58,152 nt of DNA. It comes from Chthonomonas sp. UBA2391. Lineage in GTDB: Bacteria; Armatimonadota; Fimbriimonadia; Fimbriimonadales; Fimbriimonadaceae. The notes below the pieces were generated by a model. That model was not told the DNA's origin and made no database searches. It saw only the letters and a program-made list of their open reading frames with translations. This document shows positions 18,136 to 24,859 of the stretch, one piece after another. The DNA lies in contig DDSL01000134.1 of NCBI GenBank assembly GCA_002343825.1, positions 1 through 58,152 on the forward strand, given 5' to 3'. Each line of letters starts with the position of its first letter. The first letter of the stretch is position 1. The position numbers and the translations under genes were made by a program.

Positions 18136-20520
18136 ATGGCTAGCCTCTCTTCACTGCATCAACTCGACCATCGCTACGGATACTTCGATTGGGATCGAAG
18201 GGAGTTCGTGATCACCGACATTGCGACCCCCCGACCGTGGGCCCATGTGATGTCGAACGACTCCTATGGACTGGTCCTCAGCCATCTCGGGGGCGGATTC
18301 TGCTGGGTCGAAAACTGCCAACTCCAACGCCTGACCCGCTGGGATCAAGACCTCACCCTCGATACCCACGGCCGTTTTCTCTATGTCGTCAATCGGCAGG
18401 ACCGGGGCCAAATCTGGTCGACCACTTATCGCCCGACAGACGTGCAGGCCGAACATGAGATCGTTCGCTACGGACTGGGTTATGCGGTTTTCGAACGACT
18501 TGTGGGGGGCATCTTCACTCGCCATAGTCTTCACGTCGATCCCGAGCAAAACGTCGAATACTGGATCGTCGAGATCGAGAACCGCGGGGATACAGCGGTG
18601 GAGCTCGCTCTCTGCTCTTCCCTCGATTGGCAGCTCGGTCGGAATACGGACTGGCACCGGGAATTCCATCGACTTTTTATCGAGACCCAAAACGAGCAAT
18701 CCACGATTCTGGCCTGGAAGCACCCGGGTCTCCACGAGCATTCCTTCGAGGTCGATGAGCTGCCTTATGTCGCATTCCATGCGGTCGCCGGGGCCCGACC
18801 TTCGGCCTTCTACCGCAGCCGGACGGAATTCTTTGGTCCTCTTGGTTCAGCGCAAACCCCCTATGCGCTGGTGAAGGGCCACGGGCTGGAGGGGTCAGAC
18901 CGATGGGATGACCCGATGGCCGGAATCCAAGTGGACGTCAACCTCGGTCCCGGAGAAACGAGGGTCGTGTGCTACACCATCGGGGCCGAGCCAACGGCCG
19001 AGCAGGCGCAGGCGGCAGCGACCCGGGGTACGGTCGAAGAGGCGGTCAAGAGCCGACAAAGAGCAATCGACTGCTGGGAAGACGCTTTGCGTCTCGGCCG
19101 GATCCAGACTCCAGACCCCCTCATCAATGGTCTCACCAACGACTGGTTCCGCTACCAAACGATCGCCGGACGACTGATGGCACGCGCGGCCTACTATCAG
19201 CAAGGCGGCGCCTACGGTTACCGCGATCAACTCCAAGATAGCCTTGCCCTGCTCGACTGCGACCCACAGCGGACGCTCCTTCAGCTTGAGCGCCACGCCG
19301 AGGCGATGTACGAAGATGGTGGGGTTCGCCATTGGTGGCACCCCGGATTCCCTATCCATATCGCGAGTAAGCACAGCGATACTTGCCTCTGGCTCGCTTA
19401 TGGACTGCTGGCATACCTGGATGAGACCAACGATCTGGCTTGCCTCGACAAAGAGCTTCGCTTTTTGGATCGAAAGACCGAGGACTTCGGCGCCTCGGGA
19501 ACCCTGAGGGACCACGCCGAGCGGGGGATTGCCCTCGCCCTCTCGCGTCGGAGCGAGCGTGGGCTTCCCCTGATCGGGTCGGGAGACTGGAACGATGGGC
19601 TTAGCCACGCCGGCCTCCTCGGGAAGGGTGAATCCGTCTGGCTAGCGATGTTCCTCTTCGAGATCCTCCAGCGATGGGCACGACTCGTCGAAGACCTTGG
19701 CGACCGCGAACTCGCCGCGAAGTACGTGAGCGAAGCCGAAAAGCTCCGCCAAGCGGTCGAAGCGCATGGGTGGGACGGCGAGTGGTACGTCGCGGGCTAT
19801 CGAGATACCGGAGAGCCGTTCGGATCCCACCAAAATCGTTACGGCCAACTCTTTTTGAACCCCCAGACCTGGGCGGTTCTCACCGGCATCGGCTCGCCCA
19901 AGCGTGTGGCATCGGCGATGTCCCATGTCGACGACCGACTTTTGCAGCCCTACGGCGCGCTTCTATTGGACCCAGCTTATCGAGAGGTCGACCCCACGAT
20001 TGGTTACATCACGCGCTATGCGCCCGGGCTGCGAGAGAACGGCGGGGTTTACTCCCATGCCTCGACCTGGGCCGTACTCGCCAAGGCCAAGCTGGGCCGC
20101 CTCGACGAAGCCCTCGAAATCTATCGCGCGATGCTCCCGGCCAAGGACCAGGAACGCGCCGAGCGATATGCGGCCGAACCCTATGTGATGCCCGGGAACG
20201 TGGACGGACCTGATTCACCCTACGAGGCGCGGGCCGGCTGGACGTGGTACACCGGATCGTCGGCTTGGATGGTGCGAGTCGCAAAAGAAGCCCTGCTCGG
20301 CGTTCAGGTAACGAGAGCGGGAGTCACCCTGAGCGACTGCGTTTCCGAGTTCGAGGAATGGTCCTATCAGCGGCGCTTTGGGGGGGGAGTCCTGTCGATT
20401 CGCTCTACAGGGGTCGGTCCGATCCAATCAGTTCGACTGAACGGCGAAGTCAAAACCACGTTTATCCCCCGCGAGGTTCTGGCCCATGGCGGGGAAATCG
20501 AAATCGTACGCGGAGCGTAG
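18136..20520 (+). CDS. GH94-family glycoside phosphorylase (cellobiose/chitobiose phosphorylase-like)
   Basis: ORF 18046..20520; the likely start is MASLSSLHQLDHRYGYFDWDRREFVITDIATPRPWAHVMSN at 18136. The N-terminus is collinear with cellobiose phosphorylases (FGFFDD..EYVIT...P.PW.NY). The catalytic-acid motif GSGDWNDGLS is present. About 794 aa, as in CBP/ChBP. Confidence 0.8.
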   Translation: MASLSSLHQLDHRYGYFDWDRREFVITDIATPRPWAHVMSNDSYGLVLSHLGGGFCWVENCQLQRLTRWDQDLTLDTHGRFLYVVNRQDRGQIWSTTYRPTDVQAEHEIVRYGLGYAVFERLVGGIFTRHSLHVDPEQNVEYWIVEIENRGDTAVELALCSSLDWQLGRNTDWHREFHRLFIETQNEQSTILAWKHPGLHEHSFEVDELPYVAFHAVAGARPSAFYRSRTEFFGPLGSAQTPYALVKGHGLEGSDRWDDPMAGIQVDVNLGPGETRVVCYTIGAEPTAEQAQAAATRGTVEEAVKSRQRAIDCWEDALRLGRIQTPDPLINGLTNDWFRYQTIAGRLMARAAYYQQGGAYGYRDQLQDSLALLDCDPQRTLLQLERHAEAMYEDGGVRHWWHPGFPIHIASKHSDTCLWLAYGLLAYLDETNDLACLDKELRFLDRKTEDFGASGTLRDHAERGIALALSRRSERGLPLIGSGDWNDGLSHAGLLGKGESVWLAMFLFEILQRWARLVEDLGDRELAAKYVSEAEKLRQAVEAHGWDGEWYVAGYRDTGEPFGSHQNRYGQLFLNPQTWAVLTGIGSPKRVASAMSHVDDRLLQPYGALLLDPAYREVDPTIGYITRYAPGLRENGGVYSHASTWAVLAKAKLGRLDEALEIYRAMLPAKDQERAERYAAEPYVMPGNVDGPDSPYEARAGWTWYTGSSAWMVRVAKEALLGVQVTRAGVTLSDCVSEFEEWSYQRRFGGGVLSIRSTGVGPIQSVRLNGEVKTTFIPREVLAHGGEIEIVRGA

Positions 20521-20523
20521 GAG

Positions 20524-20736
20524 CTAGTTCCCGGCGGGTCGGTTGGCGGCGTCGGCACTATTGCCGTAGGCGTTTGGATCGACTCCGCCCCCGGCTTTGG
20601 CCGGGGTCCCGATTCCGGCGTCTTCCAGCGACTGCGGGGGACGGCTCGAGTTCCAGATCCAACCCAGGGCCAGAATGATGACCAAGGCGGCAAGGGCGGC
20701 GATCATCTTGGGGTCGAGCTTTTCGGTTTTCATCAA
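20524..20736 (-). CDS. small single-pass membrane protein (70 aa), hypothetical
   Basis: MMKTEKLDPKMIAALAALVIILALGWIW... followed by a Gly/Ala/Pro-rich tail. The SD is AGAGGAA. A consensus-like promoter and an operator lie directly upstream (see the next features). Confidence 0.5.
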   Translation of the reverse strand: MMKTEKLDPKMIAALAALVIILALGWIWNSSRPPQSLEDAGIGTPAKAGGGVDPNAYGNSADAANRPAGN

Positions 20737-20756
20737 TATTCCTCTTCGTTGAGCTT

Positions 20757-20774
20757 GAGATCGAGCTGCTGAAT
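20757..20774. promoter_or_regulatory. LacI-family operator candidate, site 2 (TGCTGAATCGGTTCAGCT)
   Basis: The first 17 nt (20757-20773) are identical to the core of site 1. It begins about 3 nt downstream of the predicted minus-strand transcription start for the 70-aa gene. Confidence 0.55.
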
Positions 20775-20782
20775 CGGTTCAG

Positions 20783-20811
20783 CTTTACCCTCATTATACA
20801 GGGGTCACCAC
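20783..20811 (-). promoter_or_regulatory. sigma70-like promoter (TTGGAA-17 bp-TATAAT) for the 70-aa membrane protein gene
   Basis: The minus strand reads TTGGAA (20811-20806), the 17-nt spacer atccgtggtgacccctg, then TATAAT (20788-20783). Confidence 0.5.
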
Positions 20812-20885
20812 GGATTTCCAAGTGTCGAAGTTGAGTTTTTCGCCTCAAACGGAAAATTCTCCTTGGGTTTCTGCGGGACCCGTGT

Positions 20886-20909
20886 TATACTTACTGAAAC
20901 GGTTCAGCA
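20886..20909 (+). promoter_or_regulatory. -10-like TATACT plus LacI-family operator candidate, site 3 (ACTGAAACGGTTCAGCA)
   Basis: TATACT at 20886-20891. The palindrome at 20893-20909 ends 2 nt before the ATG of the LacI-family gene, which fits an autoregulatory layout with a very short leader. The -35 is weak. Confidence 0.45.
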
Positions 20910-20911
20910 CG

Positions 20912-21943
20912 ATGAAGAGTCGGACCACAATCCAGGATGTAGCAAAGAAAGCGATGGTGAGTAAAGTCACCGTGAGCTATGTCCTGAATGGTCGAGACGC
21001 TGACGTGCGGATCAGCCAAGAGACCCGAGCCAGGGTCCTGCAGGCCGCCGAAGAGCTTGGCTACCGGCCCAGCGGAGTCGCCCGCATGCTGGTGAACCAG
21101 CGCTCAGGAACCATCGCGGTGGTCTTCCAGTACGCGAGCTACTTCTCGCATTGGTCGAGCTTTACCAGCGACGTCATGCGCGGCGTTTGCGAGGCTGCCG
21201 TTGTGGAAGGGTTTGACCTGATGCTCCACACCAAGGCAACCGAGACGGTAGATCAAGAGCTGAATCAGCTCCTCGATGGCCGCGTCGACGGCGCGCTCGT
21301 TCTTCGCGATGGGAACGACCCGATGGTTCAACAACTCATCAACCGGGGCTTCCCATTCGTTCTCTTTTTCACCCGGAACTACGACCCCCGGGCCTGCTTT
21401 GTCGATTCCGACAACTACATGGGTGGTCAGATCGCAACCGACCACCTGATCAAGCTGGGACACCGTCGAATCGGCATGGTTCGCGGCTCGCATCAATCCA
21501 CCAGCTCCAACGATCGCTTCAACGGCTACCGCGATGCCCTAGAATCAAATGGGATTGCCTGCCGCGAGGATCACGTTCTTGCGATTCCCACCCCCGACAG
21601 CCCGTTGGGAGGATTGGATGATCTCATGGCGCGGCCCGATCGCCCAACTGCCTTCTTCATCTGGTCCGACGACGTGGCCTACCCCGTCATGGGGCGCCTC
21701 AAAGAGCTTGGTTTTGAGTGCCCGCGTGACGTCAGCATCGTCGGATTCGATAGCCTTCCCTCCTCGGAGCTCTGCTCGCCCCGCCTCACCAGCGTCAAGC
21801 AAGCCATCGAAGAGATTGCCCGGGCCGCAACCCAGATGCTCGTGGCCCGAATCAACGGTGAAGACATCCGCCAGCGACAACAGATTTTTCCCCTGACCCT
21901 CGACATTCGCTCGTCCACCGGACCAGCCCCCGATCTAACCTAA
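20912..21943 (+). CDS. LacI/GalR-family transcriptional regulator
   Basis: ORF 20822..21943; the start is MKSRTTIQDVAKKAMVSKVTVSYVLNG (the canonical N-terminal HTH) at 20912. A periplasmic-binding-protein-like sugar-binding core follows. Confidence 0.9.
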   Translation: MKSRTTIQDVAKKAMVSKVTVSYVLNGRDADVRISQETRARVLQAAEELGYRPSGVARMLVNQRSGTIAVVFQYASYFSHWSSFTSDVMRGVCEAAVVEGFDLMLHTKATETVDQELNQLLDGRVDGALVLRDGNDPMVQQLINRGFPFVLFFTRNYDPRACFVDSDNYMGGQIATDHLIKLGHRRIGMVRGSHQSTSSNDRFNGYRDALESNGIACREDHVLAIPTPDSPLGGLDDLMARPDRPTAFFIWSDDVAYPVMGRLKELGFECPRDVSIVGFDSLPSSELCSPRLTSVKQAIEEIARAATQMLVARINGEDIRQRQQIFPLTLDIRSSTGPAPDLT

Positions 21944-21954
21944 ACACTATCACC

Positions 21955-22743
21955 ATGGAGACCCCTGCGATGCAAAGAAGCAAAGCCTTCACCTTGATCG
22001 AGCTCTTGGTCGTAATCGCCATCATTGCGATCTTGGCCGCCATTCTCTTCCCCGTTTTTGCCCAAGCCAAGATGGCCGCCAAGAGCACGGTCACCCTGAG
22101 CAACATGAAGCAGATCGGGCTTGGACTCCAACTCTATATCGACTCCAACGACGATCTCTTTCCCAAAATTCGACATGATGCCGGAGTCCGGACCTGGAAG
22201 CACGCCATCTTCATCTACACGAAGAACTCCGACATCTTTCGAGACAGCGTAAATCCAGCTGCGCAGTTCTTCGATCAGCACGGGGTACCGACCTTCAACG
22301 GAAACAATCCCCCTAAGCCACAGTTCCGCCGGGGCTACTTCTACTACCGGGCCTTCCACAAGACCGGCCGATGGCAAGACGAGGGCGACTACGGTGTGAG
22401 CCAGATCAACGAACCCGCCAATGCCTTGGTGATCGGTGAAAACAAGGACTTCTTCCCCGACTACGGACCGTGGATCGCATTCTTGTGGAAGGAAAACGGA
22501 TGGGCCGATACTAACTGGGCCGGTGGAAAGAGAAACAACCGGGCCATGAGCCTGATCTTCGCCGACGGACATGCCAAGTTCACCAACCTTCTTGACACCT
22601 GCCCAGCCCCCACGGGCGGTGAGAACATGTGGCAATACGACCCAGCCAACCTATCCTTTAACATCAACGGAACGACCCAAACTCTCGGCTGGATGGAGAC
22701 CTTCTGCGTCACCCTCCGCCAAAAGATCAACCGGCTCCCTTAA
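21955..22743 (+). CDS. prepilin-type N-terminal cleavage/methylation domain protein (DUF1559-like, H-X9-DG)
   Basis: KAFTLIELLVVIAIIAILAAILFPVFAQAK is the type IV pilin-like N-terminus. The C-terminal FADGHAKFTN matches the H-X9-DG-type motif region. It starts 11 nt after the LacI-family stop. Confidence 0.85.
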   Translation: METPAMQRSKAFTLIELLVVIAIIAILAAILFPVFAQAKMAAKSTVTLSNMKQIGLGLQLYIDSNDDLFPKIRHDAGVRTWKHAIFIYTKNSDIFRDSVNPAAQFFDQHGVPTFNGNNPPKPQFRRGYFYYRAFHKTGRWQDEGDYGVSQINEPANALVIGENKDFFPDYGPWIAFLWKENGWADTNWAGGKRNNRAMSLIFADGHAKFTNLLDTCPAPTGGENMWQYDPANLSFNINGTTQTLGWMETFCVTLRQKINRLP

Positions 22744-22745
22744 TC

Positions 22746-24032
22746 ATGATCACCAGTCTCGTTGCCGCCATCGCCGTCGGTCAGGCTGCCCCGCCCCAGG
22801 GGCAAGCTCTGCTTGATGATCTCTCCCGAAGGGCAGCTTTGTTCTTCTGGACCCAGACCGACCCGACGAGTGGATTCACCAAGGACCGAGCGGCTAACCT
22901 TACCGACCGCGACAACTACGAGGTTTGCAGCATCGCGAGCAACGGATACGCGTTGATCAGTGCCGCAGTCGGAGCCGAGCGCGGATGGCACAACCGTTCC
23001 AACGCTTTGAACCGGGCCCGGCTGATTGCCAGGCAGACGCTCGAGAAAGCTCCCCACCACAAGGGCTGGTTCTATCACTTCTTCCATTGGAAGACCGGCA
23101 CCCGGGTGTGGCAGAGCGAGGTATCAAGCATCGATACCGCCATCTTCCTCTCGGGGGCAATCGTCGCGCGGCAATACTTCAAGGATCCAACCCTCAGCGC
23201 TTCGGTGGACGCCATCTTGGCGAGGGTGGATTGGAACTGGATGCTGACTAATGGCGGCACACTGCCCAATTCCACCACCTTTTCGCATGGTTGGCGACCC
23301 GAGACGGGTTGGATCCCTCACCGCTGGGCAAGCTATTGCGAGCACATGATGCTCTACATCTTGGCCCTTGGCGCCAACCCCAGCTATCCTCGCACGCTCT
23401 GGACCGGTTGGAGTCGGCCAGTGGTTGAGTATCGCGGATTCCGGATGATCGCAGGTGGGCCCATCTTCATGCACCAGATGTCCCACGCCTTTTTGCACCT
23501 CAAGAACCGCAAGGACACCTTGGGCTGGGACTACTGGCAATCAAGCGAGCAGATGACCCGAGCCAACCGCGAATACTGCATCCAGAACCCGAAAGGATTC
23601 AAGGATTACGGTCCGCTCTTTTGGGGCCTGAACGCATGCGACAACCCAGACGGCTACGGAGCCTTTGGGGCACCGGGATGGGGAGAAGACAACGGCACCG
23701 TTTCTCCGACCGGAGTGGCCGCCAGCATCGAATTCACCCCCGAAATCGTGATACCAACCCTGAATTCCATGGCCACCAAGTACCCGGGAGCCTATGGGCG
23801 GTTTGGATTTAGCAATGCCTTGAACCCCCACCGCAACTGGATCGGTCCTGACGTCATCGGGATCGACCTCGGGATGGCCCAGGCCGCCATCGAAAACCAT
23901 CGCGACGGATTTGTGCGGCGGATGGCGATGAGCCACCCATTCTTTAGCTCGGGGATGCAGCGTGCGGGATTTCCACGCGTGCCCAGTCAGTCCCCCCGAG
24001 ACGGGACTCGCACCCCGATCCGCCGGCAATAG
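22746..24032 (+). CDS. glucoamylase-family protein, GH144-like (endo-beta-1,2-glucanase family)
   Basis: The blocks FFWTQTDPTSGFTKDRA, CSIASNGYALISAAVGAERGW, KGWFYHFFHWKTGTRVWQSEVSSIDTAIFLSGAIVARQYF and YGRFGFSNALNP...GIDLGMAQAAIENHRDGF match my memory of the Pfam 'Glycoamylase'/GH144 family. The N-terminus is short, uncharged and hydrophobic. Confidence 0.7.
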   Translation: MITSLVAAIAVGQAAPPQGQALLDDLSRRAALFFWTQTDPTSGFTKDRAANLTDRDNYEVCSIASNGYALISAAVGAERGWHNRSNALNRARLIARQTLEKAPHHKGWFYHFFHWKTGTRVWQSEVSSIDTAIFLSGAIVARQYFKDPTLSASVDAILARVDWNWMLTNGGTLPNSTTFSHGWRPETGWIPHRWASYCEHMMLYILALGANPSYPRTLWTGWSRPVVEYRGFRMIAGGPIFMHQMSHAFLHLKNRKDTLGWDYWQSSEQMTRANREYCIQNPKGFKDYGPLFWGLNACDNPDGYGAFGAPGWGEDNGTVSPTGVAASIEFTPEIVIPTLNSMATKYPGAYGRFGFSNALNPHRNWIGPDVIGIDLGMAQAAIENHRDGFVRRMAMSHPFFSSGMQRAGFPRVPSQSPRDGTRTPIRRQ

Positions 24033-24056
24033 CGGCTTTCTTTGTCACTCCTCATC

Positions 24057-24098
24057 GCCGCCTTGCGTCGCTCACCGGCCAAGGCGGCTTTTTGTTTT
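24057..24098 (+). terminator. intrinsic terminator after the GH144-like gene
   Basis: GCCGCCTTG (24057-24065) pairs with CAAGGCGGC (24080-24088), followed by TTTTTGTTTT. Confidence 0.7.
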
Positions 24099-24104
24099 GA
24101 GAAG

Positions 24105-24177
24105 CGCCCCCGACTGGACTCGAACCAGCGACCAACCGCTTAGAAGGCGGTTGCTCTATCCACTGAGCTACGGGGGC
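24105..24177 (-). tRNA. tRNA-Arg (anticodon UCU)
   Basis: The reverse complement folds by hand into a cloverleaf: GCCCCCG-TA-GCTC-AGTGGATA-GAGC-A-ACCGC-CTTCTAA-GCGGT-TGGTC-GCTGG-TTCGAGT-CCAGT-CGGGGGC-G. The anticodon loop is CT-TCT-AA. CCA is not encoded. Confidence 0.93.
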
Positions 24178-24245
24178 ATCGGGATCGTCTTGAAAGGTAC
24201 CCAACTCTCCCAGCCAGCGACAGAAAATCTCTCCAGAATGGGAAC

Positions 24246-24274
24246 TTGATAGCCTAAGACTAATGTAATAATAT
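24246..24274 (+). promoter_or_regulatory. sigma70-like promoter (TTGATA-17 bp-TAATAT) for hsp20
   Basis: TTGATA at 24246-24251, a 17-nt spacer, TAATAT at 24269-24274, in an AT-rich stretch. The inverted repeat GCACT-caaaa-AGTGC (24281-24295) begins at about the predicted +1. Confidence 0.5.
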
Positions 24275-24308
24275 GCGTAAGCACTCAAAAAGTGCGACAA
24301 GGAGAAAC

Positions 24309-24770
24309 ATGAAGACACTTGTGCGATGGGATCCCATCATGGAAATGGACCGCGTACAGCGGATGATCGACGGCATTTTTACCGGCCCGACGGCAACGGT
24401 CCCGGCCGGGGTCTCCCTGCCGCTTGATATCGTGGATACCGGCGAAGGCTGGGTGATCCGTGCCCAAGCTGCGGGAATGACGCTAGACCAACTCACCGTC
24501 GAGGTGACCGACCGCATGCTAAGCATTCGGGGTCAACTCCCATCTCCGGTTCAAGGAGAAAACCACAAGGTTCTGCTCCGAGAATTGGCGAGCGGAGAGG
24601 TCGTCCGATCAATTCGACTCCCTCGGGAGCTCGATCCATCGACCGTGCGGGCAACCCTCGAGAACGGCTTGCTAACCGTTCGGGTCGATCGCCAGGCAGA
24701 ACTCAAGCCGACCAGCCGCAAGGTCGAGATCGAACTAGCGACGACTCAGGCTCTGCCCGAAGGCGAGTAA
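24309..24770 (+). CDS. Hsp20/alpha-crystallin family small heat-shock protein
   Basis: ORF 24273..24770; the likely start is MKTLVRWDP at 24309, 6 nt after AAGGAGA. The alpha-crystallin domain pattern is present (LPLDIVDTGEGWVIRAQAAGM..., GEVVRSIRLPRELD..., ATLENGLLTVRV). Confidence 0.85.
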   Translation: MKTLVRWDPIMEMDRVQRMIDGIFTGPTATVPAGVSLPLDIVDTGEGWVIRAQAAGMTLDQLTVEVTDRMLSIRGQLPSPVQGENHKVLLRELASGEVVRSIRLPRELDPSTVRATLENGLLTVRVDRQAELKPTSRKVEIELATTQALPEGE

Positions 24771-24796
24771 GCCGAACGGACCCTTCCCAAAGGAAC

Positions 24797-24841
24797 AACG
24801 TGGCCCCGGAGCAGATCGCTCCGGGGCCACGTTGCCTTTTT
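24797..24841. terminator. bidirectional intrinsic terminator between convergent hsp20 and the 516-aa gene
   Basis: Perfect 16-bp stem AACGTGGCCCCGGAGC / GCTCCGGGGCCACGTT with loop AGATC, followed by GCCTTTTT on the plus strand. The minus-strand side is followed by TTGTTCCTTTGGG. Confidence 0.85.
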
Positions 24842-24859
24842 CGACCAAAGTCGGCGAGC

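Noticed and set aside
24278-24300. CIRCE (HrcA) operator or RNA thermometer in the hsp20 leader
   Set aside because: Only the left half resembles CIRCE (TAAGCACTC vs TTAGCACTC), and there is no GAGTGCTAA 9 nt downstream. The small hairpin does not pair with the SD, so a ROSE- or fourU-type thermometer is not supported. I kept it only as a generic inverted-repeat observation.
23962-24318. Two ORFs (23962-24249 plus strand, 24052-24318 minus strand) spanning the GH144-hsp20 gap
   Set aside because: They run through a terminator hairpin and a well-folding tRNA-Arg gene, and they have no coding features.
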